Made by a program: the position numbers and the translations under genes. The notes under the pieces are model-generated. The model saw only the letters and a program-made list of their open reading frames with translations, was not told where the DNA came from and did no database searches. From Lepidodermella squamata (taxonomy: Eukaryota > Animalia > Gastrotricha), in contig JBLDXI010000015.1 of NCBI GenBank assembly GCA_047495785.1, positions 1,488,001 to 1,552,000 on the forward strand: a DNA stretch of 64,000 nt, read 5' to 3'. This document shows, one piece after another, positions 25,259 through 38,248 of the stretch (positions are counted from its first letter, which is position 1; the number at the start of each line of letters is the position of its first letter).

Positions 25259-25840
25259 TTTTCCGGCTCAGTTTTTTTTCTATCGTTTAGTCATCTTGCC
25301 AATACTTATTAATTGTGATAAAAACACGTGGTTTTTCTGCGCACAGTTTTGTGATAAAATCAAGAGAAAATATTTCGGCTAATTATGATGTTGATCAGCT
25401 AAAAATATCGGCTCTTTAAGCCGTGATATAACTAATTAGCTCTTTTTTGCGTTTTTCGTTTATGATTGCTATGGGCACTTGTATAACCCTTGAATACATT
25501 TTTTGGCTGAAACAAGTTGAATAAAAGCGCGTTTTGTGTTTTCCTGATTTTTTTCGTATGCAAATTCTTGCTCTGATTTTTAGCTATGACTATTTTTTAC
25601 TGCGTTGCTGGTACCTGATGTCACGTGAGTTTTTTTCACCGAATCAATTCAAGAGCGTAATTAAGAATTCTTTACCAAACCTCTTGAGACTCGGCGAAGA
25701 AAAAATCATGCAGTTTTGAGGAATTTGGTAGTAAGTATAAGAAAATAGTTGAGTGGTGAGAGACATACATCAGATCAGATTTCAGCTACAATTTATTGGC
25801 TCAGAAAAATTATTAGCCCCATTATAGGAATATCTCCTTA

Positions 25841-26440
25841 TCTCTCCGTTGAGCACGCATTAAGCACCGGTTTGGTGGAATGCTTGATTCCGTTGAGCAT
25901 TGTTAAGCATTTCGTTGAGCGCGATTAAGCACCTCATTCAGCAACGTTGAGCACGTTGAGCGCGAATTGAGCATTCTCATTGAGCACATTGAGCTTCTTC
26001 AAGCAGCCATCAAGCACTCGTTGGGCACTCGTTGGGCACTCGTTAAGCACCTGTTGAGCACCCCATTGAGCACCCAATGGTAATTTACAAACTGGAAATT
26101 GTTTTCAGCTCATCGAAAATTTGATTTTTTTACCCTATCCACAGCGTCTAAATTTTTAGCTTGGCTTCTCACTCAAAATTCGCAATAAAAATGCATTTTA
26201 ATAAAGATCAAACTTTATGACAAATTAAAATTAAATGTTGCCGCAGTTTTTTACAATGTTTGGGTGCTTTATGCTGGTCAGACATAATGTTGTGCAGGTC
26301 GTTGAGCAGTTGGAATCTCGTTGAGCATCCTTTAAGCACAGATTGTGCACAGATTGAGCACAGATTGAGCACGGATTGAGCACGGATTGAGCACTTTAAG
26401 CACAAGTTGTGCAATTGAGCAAAAATGCTCAACGGAGAGA
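25841..26440. mobile_element. MITE with short TIRs and arrays of TTGAGCAC-like subterminal repeats
   Basis: TA|TCTCTCCGTTGAGCA ... TGCTCAACGGAGAGA|TA, with many tt(g/a)agcac motifs at 25849-26075 and 26300-26420. Confidence 0.75.
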
Positions 26441-26663
26441 TATTATTATTTTATTCGAATTTAGCTAGTATTTTAGCGAACCGATGTGCTACACCCGTTT
26501 TCATATACGTACAACATGCCAAAGTTACACGTGAGATCAGCTGCTTAGTTATTATATAATATTACTACGATACCCAACTGCCTATTATATAGTAGGGAGT
26601 AATGAATCATTGTGTGTGCGCGCATTAATATAAAAGCAAGCGGGGCGGTGTGTTATAGCATCT

Positions 26664-26735
26664 GGGGACATAGCTCAGTGGTAGAGCGTCTCATTCGCAT
26701 TGTGAAGGTCTCGGGTTCAATCCCCGATGTCTCCA
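26664..26735 (+). tRNA. tRNA-Ala(CGC)
   Basis: Full cloverleaf with GGGGACA/TGTCTCC acceptor stem and the G3:U70 Ala identity pair. A box, TTCAATC T-loop, anticodon loop TT-CGC-AT, and a downstream oligo-T Pol III terminator. Confidence 0.95.
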
Positions 26736-29700
26736 TGAAATCGTTTTTATTTTTGTTTTTTTTTTTATATTTTTTTCTTACAAAGTTTGCGACTCAATAA
26801 TTTTTTAATGCTGACATGCTGCGCTAGAATATCTAATTTTTTTCGCATCTTGTTTAAAAATACCCATATATCGGTATCTTACGATTATTGCTACCTTGAA
26901 AATTAGGAGGCGTCCCATCACGTAGATAATCGATGACCGTTCTATTTTTATCAGCTGTCTTTCATTAGTTTCGTTCGATCGTTACCCGGTATTTTTGTCT
27001 GCCTGTGTTGGCACGAGGCAAACAATAATAAAAAGGCAAAATGCATACAATCGAATTTTTCATTCATAGCGTTACATTTTGGCTCGTTTTTCTGAATTTT
27101 TGATTATTTTTCGCTTAATTAAAAGAAAATGGTTCGTTTCCCGGTATTTAGCAAAGTAATTTAGAACGTGACACTCTTTGTTCATTCAAGCGAGACGAGT
27201 AGTCGCAAACAGGAAATTTTCATTGCGAAGGTTGGCCATGTATACTATATACCATGCATTTTTAGCGATTTCCGCTCGGCCAACATCGATTTATCAGTCG
27301 CGTTTTTCGTCATTCATTATTTGGCAGTGACGTAATGCCGCGTCGGAGAACCGGATTTATTTCGTTATAAAAGTTTTCTTAAAAAAATCGTAAACACAAA
27401 ACATTTTTCTGGTGAAATGAATGCGCGTTATATTATTTTTATTGTTGTTATTTCGAGCCGATTTTACGACTCGTTACACAATTGCACAAAAACTTATCCC
27501 GGTACATTTTTTATGCGCGTTGGCTTTCACGCTTCACTGCGAACGCGCACATCAAGTGCGCACATCTGGTTGCAATTTTTTTCGCCCCATTTTTCCGGGC
27601 CAAAAATATGATGATGCATGAGACCGGATTTGAAATTCATCATTTTCCCCCGAATTTTTCATCATCATATCTGCGCTCAGTGACCGTGACTATGTTTTTT
27701 TTACGATTTTATATTGCATTATTATTGCATTATCTTATTTTTGTTTTCTCAATCATATACTATGGTAAAGTACAGCGCACCGAAATAAAGATAATAAAAT
27801 AATGAAAAAGCTGCGTAGATTTTTTTGTATATATGTGTGACGTCGAAAATTGATGACAAATCGCGTTTTTTTTCTCAGCATAAAATCTCATTCGGCTGCG
27901 ATAGCAGATTGGCTGCGCGCGCGCTACTCACGTATTTCTACTCATCGTGGGTTCATATTTTTGACTGATTGGCGATGATAGCCAACGCTCAATTTTCAGC
28001 CAGCCGGCGAGTAATCCGCTGAAAATTGATTATTTATGTACTCTCATTAAGTATGGATAGGCAAAATTTTCAATTTTTTTTTCGCTTTCGGACATGACCT
28101 GGGCAGACAGCGAGGCATATGATGCGCATCAAAAGGCGTCACACTTTTAAAATTGGCCCAATGGCTCACGAAAATAGATTGGCCCATCTAAATTTCAAAA
28201 TAAAGTTGTTTTTCGAATTTTCGGATTGAAAAATTTAGTGCATATAGTCGAATCAGGTTATATTTTTGCGACAGTAATAGATAGTGTCATAATCAGGATA
28301 AGTTTAACGAAAAAGTTACAATTCAATCATTAAAAAATATGATGTGATTGAATTATAACGTCTCTGAGAAAATATCCTGATTTTCGACAAAAGATCCGAA
28401 AATTTCGAATAAAATTGCACTTGATTTTTAGTAAAAAAAATTCAACTTGTTATACGAGCGTTTTATTTCTGAGTCATCTCTATAATTTAGCGTGGGCCAT
28501 AATTATTAACAGCCTAATTTGGTCTCAAATTTCCACGCAATTTTTCATGCGAATAAACAATTGAGAGCCATGCCTAGACATTTTCCACATTCAGTCAACA
28601 AATAAAGATTATCCTCTCTATATATTATGGAAGGCGCCTATCGATTCTCTATTGCAGCCATTAGTCATCAGTAAATGTTGGGCGATGATCGCTTTTGTAA
28701 TTTTTTAAAGCAACGGCCCTCTAGGGCGGCTGAGGTCGTGAACTTGTACTCAAGCGGATCTAACCTCGACAATTTAAGAAATATATTGTTCTTATTTTAA
28801 TTTGATTTCTTTTAAATTTGGCAAAAATAAACGCGATATCAGATAACCTGCGTTATATAAATTTAATAAAGCCTCTCATGCATTCTGGCGCGGCGAGACG
28901 ACTGCGTTATTTTTTTTCTTAACTTCCTTAGAAATCGGATACATTTTTGGCTGCAGACGAATACCCGAGGCGCTTTCATTCACATTTTTTTTAAATAGAA
29001 TGCATAGCAACGTCAGTTTTTTGTGTTATTTTTTCGCTGATTCTGTTTTTTTGCGAATCTCATGGGAGTTTCTTTTGTGTTTTTTTCTCAACCCGCCTTC
29101 ATGTTGATAGACGCATTATTTTCAGAAATTCTAGTAAAAAAATATACGCAGGAATATGTATAATTCGATTGTGGTTATACCCGGCCTATTGTTCAGTTCT
29201 GCGACCTCAAAATAAACTTTTTTCGGTTTATTTTATTGTCCATTTTCATTAAAATATTCAATTTCTCTTCTCATTATAACGATTTCTCAAGGTTTGATTG
29301 ATTATCATTTTTAGTGACTGTTTTTTAAGTATTTTTTTCGTTAAGTCCCTGAAGGATCTATGTGATGGCATTTTTTGGCGCCATAAATCTAGCATTTTAT
29401 CGGCTATTTTTCATCACTGTTTTCGTTATTCTAATCAATGCACGAATTTTGTTCAGTAATCGAATGAACGACGCCTCTTGTCCATAAGTAGTTTTTATTT
29501 TTCATGATAACAAAACTGATCAAAACGTAGTTTTCCCCTCATTTTTCCTGTAATTATTTCCTAAAAATCGGGTTAAAGAATTAAAATGACGACAAAGCCT
29601 GCGATCTATATCGATTTTCTTTCAAGTGAAATTGTTTAATAAAATCATCCTATTCTCGATGTTATGAATTTCAAGAAAAATAGGAAGCCATTTCCGTTGG

Positions 29701-29925
29701 GTATTCAATGCGAAGGAAATTTGCTATAGAATAGTGATATAATATCCCAATTTTTTCTTTGTTAAATCGTCGGAAAAATTCGTAACAAATTTTCATTTTA
29801 GCCCTAGATAAGGCTAATTGAATTATTTCTTTATTGTAATTTACGATGTCTTATTTTTTAGATATTTTTAGAAAAAATGCTAAAAAAATCGAATCTGGTT
29901 AAATTTTTTCGATTTTGATTAAACA

Positions 29926-32494
29926 ATGGGCGTCGGTGTTATTTTATCGAATCGAAACTCTTCGACCTTGATCGCGTCATCGGTCGCAACAACGCCGACC
30001 TCAACTCGGGCGTCAATGACGCAGCCGCATATTGAATTTCTACCCTCGTGGATGGACCCGGTCGACACCGGGGAAGTTGTGGCCTCGTTAAAGGACAACG
30101 ACCCGCCCGAACTAGCCACCCTCATCGCCGACTACAAAGAACCAATGTTTCTTACATATTTTTTAACTGCATTATACGGGGTCGTGCTAGCAACTGTTAT
30201 CGTAGCTAATGTCGTCACAATTTCCTATTATTTAATCCATCGAAATACCGGTATGGTGACTAACGCCTATGTCGTCTCGCTGGCAGTCGCCGATTTCGCG
30301 TGGCCGCTCGTTAATATACCTTACGGCGTCGCGCAGTTGTGGACACCCGGCTGGGTGTTAGGTTCGGTGATGTGTCGCCTCATGCCGGTTGTTCAAATGG
30401 TGTTTCCTGAGGTGATTTCGCTAACGCTGTGCGTTATAGCCATCGAGCGCTACTTCACCGTACTGCATCCGTTTGATGTTAATCCGTTGCTGCAGCGCCG
30501 CGTTGCGGCTGGCCTCATCGCCTTGACGTGGGCTATGCCTGTAGTCGTCAATTTCTGGCTGGCGTTTAGTTTTGATTTGACGGAGTACGAAGGGAGCGAT
30601 GGTTCAATCACCCTGTGCGCGCCAGCTCTCGGCTTGCCGGGTAAGAAAAAATGATTATAATTTGCCTTTATAATGAGTTTTCAGGTGGGTGCGAATTTTT
30701 CGATGAATTTTTGATTTTTCGAGGTTTTTCCGGGACCATTTCCAAGCTTCTTGGGTTGAAGGTTCATGAAATTTACGCTTGGTTACCATTTGCTTCAATT
30801 TGGGAAATTAATAAAACGATATTTAGGAGTGGGAAAGGACCCTCTATTTACAATGCCAATTTCGGGACACTACCTATTATCGCATAAATTATCGCATATT
30901 TCCAGTTGAATTGATCGATCGATTGGTGAGGGTATCAGAAATTGCATCTTGCAATCCGAAAAATTTAAAAAGTTCCCGGATTTAGCGGGAATATTACCGA
31001 CATTTTCTAAAATTTGGAGTGTTCGGTTTTTTCAGTATTATTCCGTAGAAATTACTCGCATGAGCCATAAAGCTAAAGATAACTTCACATTTTTCAAGTT
31101 TCATTGTGGATTTTGTTTTCGGAAATTTTTGGGCAATTTGTGTAGTACTCGGTTTTCACGGTTTTGTTTGGGGCTAAAAAATGCTTGGATTCTCTCAATT
31201 TTAGGTTTGAACCAGGTTTCGACACTGAATTTCCCCAATTTTAAAGTTTTCCATTTTTCTTTACAAATGGGCCACCCTGTGAAACGTGGACCTTTATTTT
31301 CGCTAGTTGATAACCTCTAGTAAGTGTTAAAAAATGTCTATGCTGCCGCCCAACTCTAAATTTTATTGCTAAACGTCGCGAGACAAATTGCAAAAAAGAT
31401 CAGTGCATCAGTGTATCGGTGTATCAGTGTAAAAAGTTCGGAAAAATTACTGATCATTTAAAATCTATTGTACATTGTCTATTGGGTTACACTATACTGA
31501 AAATCGATATCGATAACTGACCTCTCATAGCGCGTAAAGTAGGCGTAATAATGAGATCTATCCACTAGTCTCGAAAATCATAGTTTGACCCGAAATTTAG
31601 GGTACTCACACCCGTTTTACAAGACCGTTTCAAAAGTTTTACTGAGCTAGGATTCAATTGGTTAGACAGGATAGAGATGAGAATTATGAATTATCTTAAA
31701 CTTTGTTTATGTTATAGGTGAAAGTATATCGCCCAAATCGATCAAAACCTTCAAAGCCATCCAGTCTTGCTTAATCGTCGTCCTGTTACCCGGCGTTCTG
31801 TTCCCAATATGCTACGGCCGCATCATAATCTCAGTCTTCCGCGGCTCGTCTGTCAACGCAGGCAATACGCTAGACTTCAACCGCCGGCTGGCGTCCGAGC
31901 ACCGTAAACGCGTCGTAACTTTTGTATCACTCCTAGTTCAGGCCATCCACCTTACTTGCTGGCTGCCTATCGTATCTTTTCAACTGCTGCACGCTGTCGC
32001 CGATTATCCACATTTAGGTATGTATCATAGCCGATTTTTCAAGTTTTTTCACTAATTCTTACTTTCCAGGCCCCGGTGACATGATTTGTTACAAAATTTT
32101 TACGTTAATGGCCTCAGCAAACGCGGCGTTTAATTCGCTCGTCTACACAGCAGTGTTGCGTAACGACGCTTCGGCAGGCGTTCGAGCTGGCTATCGAACA
32201 GCCTCGAACGCGTCCACTTTCGCCTTGATCGCCGTTCTCGCGAGCCGAACACGCGCCGTAGCCGTGCAAATCGCCAAGTACCACGACGATACCGAACCGG
32301 TTCGGAAAAGGTCCCTTAGCGCGTCCAAGTACAGCAGGCGCATGACCATAGCTGGTACTATGAATCCCATGGCGGGAAGTAACAGTAGCGAAATAACCCA
32401 CAGTAGCGTAAACGACCCAGCTTCTTCGCTGGAAGCGCTAACCGTCGACCATTTGGCGGCTATGCCTCGAAAAGTCAGCTGGAGCCCGAGTTAA
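29926..32494 (+). CDS. Rhodopsin-family neuropeptide receptor-like GPCR; exons 29926-30640, 31718-32017 and 32070-32494
   Basis: TM1 AN, TM2 VTNAYVVSLAVAD, TM3 IERYFTVLHPF, TM6 CWLP and TM7 FNSLVY; in-frame GT-AG junctions. Confidence 0.9.
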
Positions 32495-32694
32495 AGAAGA
32501 TCTGTTTTCCCCACACTATCTCCTTATTCCGTTGTTGTCACCTATACGTCACGTTTTGACATCGAGCTACTAGTTCAGACTAGCCGAATCTCGTTTTATT
32601 TTTGTACGACTGTATTCTATTCGGAATAAGGCAACTCATTTTTCGTACATGTTGTGCACAATCTCCGAATATTGGTGAAGAAAAATAAATAATT

Positions 32695-33986
32695 TTATCC
32701 GGTTGCATTATTTGACGCATTACGCAGGATGTCGAAAAGTGTTACCAGATGGCAATATAAGCATTGCCTGTCGATGGAAGAGTTGTCAATTTTTGCCATT
32801 TTGAACGGGTGGTAAAACGCAGCCTCTGCGTCGTAAGTTTCGTGCACAGGTTTCAAACGGTTGGCGCCGTAAATTTGACCAGGATTGCGGCTTAACCACT
32901 GCAGTCGGTTAGGTTGGTCAAGCGTAACGGCTCTAATGATGCTGCCAACTGTCAACTCCATGTAAGCGCCGTGTTTCCGGAATAGCCGAAATAGCTCCGA
33001 TACCAGCAGAATGTCGGCACTAGTCACGTAAAACAAGTCCACCCACATGTTATAAATTCGTCTTTCGCCTGGTTGAGAAGAGGAAATCTTCAATGGATTC
33101 CTACTACAGTGCATTATTTCACCTTACCTTTTGTAACATTTCTCAAATTTGCATAGAATCTCGGATATTTCTGCTTAGCTTCCTCCAGGGCTGCGATGCT
33201 TTGCTTTTGATAGTCGCTCAAAAAGCTCCAGTTCTCCTTAAATCTACAGTCTATCACGTTATTTTGCGACAAACCATCGCATTTTGTCTTTTGATCAATG
33301 TCGTACAAATATTGGGCCGGCCATAGGAGCCAGTTCTTACTAAGACTGTACTGTGACTTACTGGTTAACGTCCAAAGATTCAGGATGAAATCATCTGTTA
33401 TGTGAAGAAAGCCGTCGAGTTGCCGGGATTTAACTTGTTTGGCGAGATTAGGCCTGGTCTCCAGAATGATTGGAATGCAGTCGTAGAAGAATTCACCCGT
33501 AGCATTAGGATTCGGATGACGAATCCACTCCACAAAGGTTGTGTTCACCAAATGAGAGTATCGACCGTTTTGAAATTCTTGCAGCTTATCAATCGATGCA
33601 ACACAGAAAATAATGTCGTAAAACAGGCCATGGTACAATCTGTAGGATTTAGCGATAGATTCGTAATGGGCGAGGTTCATTGAGACTATAAGTAAGACTC
33701 TACGGAAGTCTATCGTCGTTTTTGCCAAGCTATTGTCGAACCATATTGCCGGGTAATTTGTCGACAATAGAATACCTGGGCAGTGCTGTCGGAGGTTGAT
33801 AGTGCTCTCGTCTTGGAATTTATCGCAATCGGCGTCGTCCGATAGGAAAACATTTCCCGGTATTTCTCGAAAGTTTACAGTATCATTAGGAAGTTTGAAT
33901 GGCGCGAGAAAAAACGTAACTAATGCTGAGCACAAAATTAAAGCAATAAAGCGCTGCCGCAGCGTCCCAAATATTAGGCGAACCAT
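32695..33986 (-). CDS. STELLO/DUF288-like type II membrane putative glycosyltransferase, copy A; intron 33127-33069
   Basis: N-terminal TM, GFLHITDDFILNLW (DxD-like), WVDLFYV, YMELTVGSI and HPFK. These resemble motifs I recall from the STELLO C-terminal domain. Confidence 0.65.
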
Positions 33987-34240
33987 CTAAATCATACCTG
34001 TTTATGTTATTGTACCAATGCCTAAACTGAATAAGCGCACTTTTACAAAAATCAGGTGCGGCTTACATTATCCCCTTGTGCTATAAATCATCGATATTTA
34101 TCGACTCCACCGGCTTCAATATAGCCAACAGAAAATACCGTGCACTCGAATTGTTGTGAGTATTTAATCATTCATGCGCATTGACTAGGAAATATCACGG
34201 CCCGTATAAAAGTAAACGAGATTCTTTCACGGCTCCAAGG

Positions 34241-35629
34241 CTAATGAGAAGCATCACTTGCGGAATGATTTCGTAAAACATCAAACATATCAGTTAAATG
34301 GCAGTACAAGCATTGCTTGTCTATAGTTGTATCTGGCCGCTCGATATAGGCCATTTTGAAAGGATGGTAGAAAAAAGCGTCGTTAGCGTCGTAGGTCTCT
34401 TGCACCGGTTTCAATCTGTCGTTGCCATAAATTTGACCCATTCGGCCGATTTGTAATAGACTGGAGGGCGATTCTAATGTCACCGCGCGAATAATAGTAC
34501 CAACGCATAGCTCCATATAGGACCCATGCCTCGCGAATATCCTGAATAGTTCGGATACCAGTGGAACATCCCTGCTGGTTAAATAGAACAGATCCACCCA
34601 CATGTTGAAGATACGCCGTTCACCTATAAGGAAGTTGAAATGGTAACCTGGTCATCAAACCGAATTTTTTTTACCATTAGTGACGTTTGAGAGATTTCTA
34701 ATGAACTGCGGGTACTTTTCTCCAGCCTCTTCAAGAGCCTGAATGGTTGCATTTTGATAACGATGCAAGAAAGGCCACGGTTCTGGATCTGTGCAGTCTT
34801 GAGAATTGTTTCTAGATCGGCCCGTACACTTGGTCATTTGATCAATGTCGTACAAATGCTGAGCCGGGAAGAGGAGCCAGTCTTTTTGAAGACTAACTTC
34901 ATTTTTTCGTAATTTCCAGATGTTGAGTATGAAATCGTCGGTTAAATGAAGAATACCGTCGAGTTCCTGAGAATATATTTTCCTCTTGATTGCCGGAAAC
35001 TTGTCTAATACCAATGGAACGCATTTGTAGAAAAATTCACCAGTTGCATCGTCCTTGTTCGGTTCCGAGGCCCATTCGATGAAAGTATAATCGACCAATT
35101 TGAGATATCTGTACTTTTCAAACTGTCGTAGCTTATCGATAGCCGTAACGCAGAACACGATTTTGTAAAACAATCGGTAGTACATTCGATATGATTTAGC
35201 GATCGACTCGTAATGAGCTTTGTTCATAGAGATGATGAGCACAACTTTCCGGAAATCCAACACGTCTTTGAGCAGCGCTTGGTCTGTGGTGAAATGAGGG
35301 TAATTTTTGGTGATTAAAACACTCTTGCAGTTCTTCTCCAACGAATCGCGTGACGAGAATTCTTCGCAGATCGCGTCTCGAGATAGTAAAGTGGCTTCCT
35401 CGATTGGGGTGATCGAATAATCATCCGAGATCAATTTCAGCCCAGGCTCAGTAATGTTTGCCTGAGCTGAGACAGAAAACTTGTGTCCATTTGAATCGAT
35501 AATTACGGACCATTGAACTTTTTGAGTGCTGAGAACATCATAGGTGAGGGACATCATGAATAACATGAAGGTAGATAGAATGCATAGGACAAAAAAGGAA
35601 TTTCGGGTGAGTCTGTTTACGGAAGCCAT
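34241..35629 (-). CDS. STELLO/DUF288-like putative glycosyltransferase, copy B; intron 34674-34624
   Basis: Paralog with GILHLTDDFILNIW, WVDLFYL and HPFK; identical intron position. Confidence 0.65.
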
Positions 35630-35685
35630 AAATTACATGATATTAAAGGCCTAAAAATATAGAATTTATTTTTAAAATATAGCTA

Positions 35686-37115
35686 TCACCTTGTCTTTAG
35701 TTCGCGCCGAATAGTGTCGAAAGCATCAACCAAATGGCAATAAATACATTGCTTATCTATCGAAGCAACTTCAGGTTTTTCGATAAGCGCCATTTTGAAA
35801 GGATGTAAAAATACAGCACCATCTGCATCGTACATTTCGTGGAGAGGCTTTAATCGATCTCCACCAGCCAACTGACCGGATCGGCCCATCCATTGCAGGC
35901 GGGAAGAGTTATCAAGCGTGACGGCTCGAATTATTGTTCCCACTGCCAGTTCCATGTATGTCCGATGCTTCGCGAATATTGCGAACAACTCTGAAACCAG
36001 TGGTACGTCCTGGCTTGGTACATAAAACATATCGACCCACATGTTGAAAATGCGCCTCTCGCCTGAAAGTACAAAAACTCTCTTAAACGCATGGCTGAAC
36101 CGAGGTAAATAATGCCCTCACCATGCGTCACGACAGAGAGATTCTTCAAAAAATCTGGAAATTTTTTCCCGGACTCTTCGAGGCTTGAAATCATAGATTG
36201 TTGATAGCTGTGCAAGTAACTCCACGGTTCTGGTTCTTTGCAGTCTATCGCGTTGTCGGAATTTTCGCCTTTGCATTTCGTCTTTCTATCGATATCATAA
36301 ATATATTGAGCCGGCCAAAAGAGCCAGTTGGCAGATAAGCTGAACTTGTCCCTTTTCATGTTCCACATATTGAAAATAAAATCGTCTGAAATATGAAGAA
36401 AGCCGTCGAGTTCTCGAGTAGCCACCATCTTTGAAATGTTTGGGAAAGTTTTCAAAACTATTGGAAAGCAATTGTAGAAGGTTTCGCCGGTCTTATCGTC
36501 CTGATTGGGCACCGAATCCCACTCAACAAAGGAAACATTTTCCAAATGAGCGTAGCGGCCGTTGTCGAAGTTTCGCAGCCGGTCCATTGCTGTTACGCAA
36601 TAAATAATTTTGTAGAACAATTTGTGGTACAACCGGAAGGATTTCGATATCGATTCGTAATGCGGTTTGTTCATAGAAATAATCAGTAAGACTTTGCTGA
36701 AGTTGAGCATTTCTTTCACCCGTGAGCAGTCGCGCATGAAATACGGAATGTTTCTCGATATCACAATGTTTTTGCAGTGCTTTTTGATTACTTCTTGATT
36801 ACTTTCGGTCCAGGTGCTGCAATCGGAATCCGGTGAAAGGAAAGCATCTTCTCCAGAGTAAACTCTGCTTCGATTCGCTATAAAGCCATACTGACTGGCC
36901 CAAGGCGTCGAGGGCGATTGAAGTAGGCTAGTTTTTAATGGATTGCAGAGATCAACCCTCGAAGTGAAGTAGTAGTAGGACGAAATCATAGCTGCGCAAA
37001 AAACGCATAGCGCAAAAAAGAGCAGCTTTGACGGCTGAATTAGCGAGGTGGTTGCGAAGCATTTACATCTCTCCACGAGTGCATCAATTAGAGACCGAAC
37101 ATTGGTTTGAGTCAT
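35686..37115 (-). CDS. STELLO/DUF288-like putative glycosyltransferase, copy C; intron 36121-36063
   Basis: Paralog with GFLHISDDFIFNMW, WVDMFYVP, MELAVGTI and HPFK; identical intron position. Confidence 0.65.
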
Positions 37116-38248
37116 GACTTATTCAATACAGGTGGGATTTTGATCGCAATTCCCGAATTTTGGGTGCGGCAGTTTACTGAAATTTCTCCAGTATCACAGG
37201 ATTTTATCGCTTTGTGGCCACCTTATCGCTACGATGCTAATTGTATAGGTCTTGTACAAGCGCGAGGAGTGATTTAGATAAAAGTGAGCTCCATATCAAA
37301 GCTGCGCTCCGGAAAACAACACAATTTTCCCCACAAGTGGGCGCTTTACAATGGCTATTGAGTAAACTGGGTGTGGTTGACTGCTTGGTGCAGTATAGGA
37401 GAAGGGAGTGTTTTTATTTACTTTTAATCTGTTAGCGCATTCTTTATTCTGCTATGACACTCCGTGCGGTAGTTCGGCAAACGTCAGCGTTCGAGACCGG
37501 ATCTACCGAAATGGGCAAATATTGAAAGAACGATTTTGTAGCTATTGATTTCGGATTATTTCACATTTTCAATGCACTCAGGCTCCAATGATCTGATCAA
37601 CCGTACTCTCCTATTAAAGTGCCTGAATGCCGAAAGCCCACAAGATCATTTGATTATCCGGACACAGGGTTATTTTAGGATGGGCAATTTTATTAGCTTG
37701 CCAAAGTTTTGCAGGGCTGTTGTATCAGCGCTTCACCACGTCAATTGTTCTCCTCAAAGCTGTGAGACCTGCAAATTCAAGAGCTCCGACTGCTGAGTTT
37801 CCGGCCCGCGCTTCCACGCCGTCATGAATATCCGGGCTAAGCATTTCCGTTGTATAAGTGTTGACAGATCACGCTACGCCCTCCTCCCTCTCCAAAACAC
37901 TTTCGCTATTTCTTCACTTTTATTCATATTCAAACTTTCATGACAAGTTATGCATTTCTGGTTGCTCGAAATTCAAATAAAAAATTGCTGTGGCAACAAC
38001 ATCAAGATATTTACAAATGAAGATGAACACATTTCGCCCAAAGCCGAGTATTGGCCTCAGATTAGAAGCAAACGTAAGGACTTGTTGGTTATTACTGATG
38101 AGTTCCGAATGTTTGAGATCATGATGAATGTGAGAAAATAAGTATCACAGAAAAAAAATCGACTTTAATAATATTATAACTCGTTATACAGCAACTTAAA
38201 AGTAAAAGAGCAAAAATTTTTGAAATCAGCTATCGATCAACAACTATA

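Noticed and set aside
25849-26420. Regular TTGAGCAC repeats as a CRISPR array
   Set aside because: The units are 8-11 bp with no unique spacers, there are no cas genes, the context is eukaryotic, and they are bounded by TIRs.
27000-29900. Short ORFs in the AT-rich stretch upstream of the GPCR
   Set aside because: Low-complexity Phe/Ile-rich translations with no coding signal; likely regulatory or 5'UTR-intron DNA.
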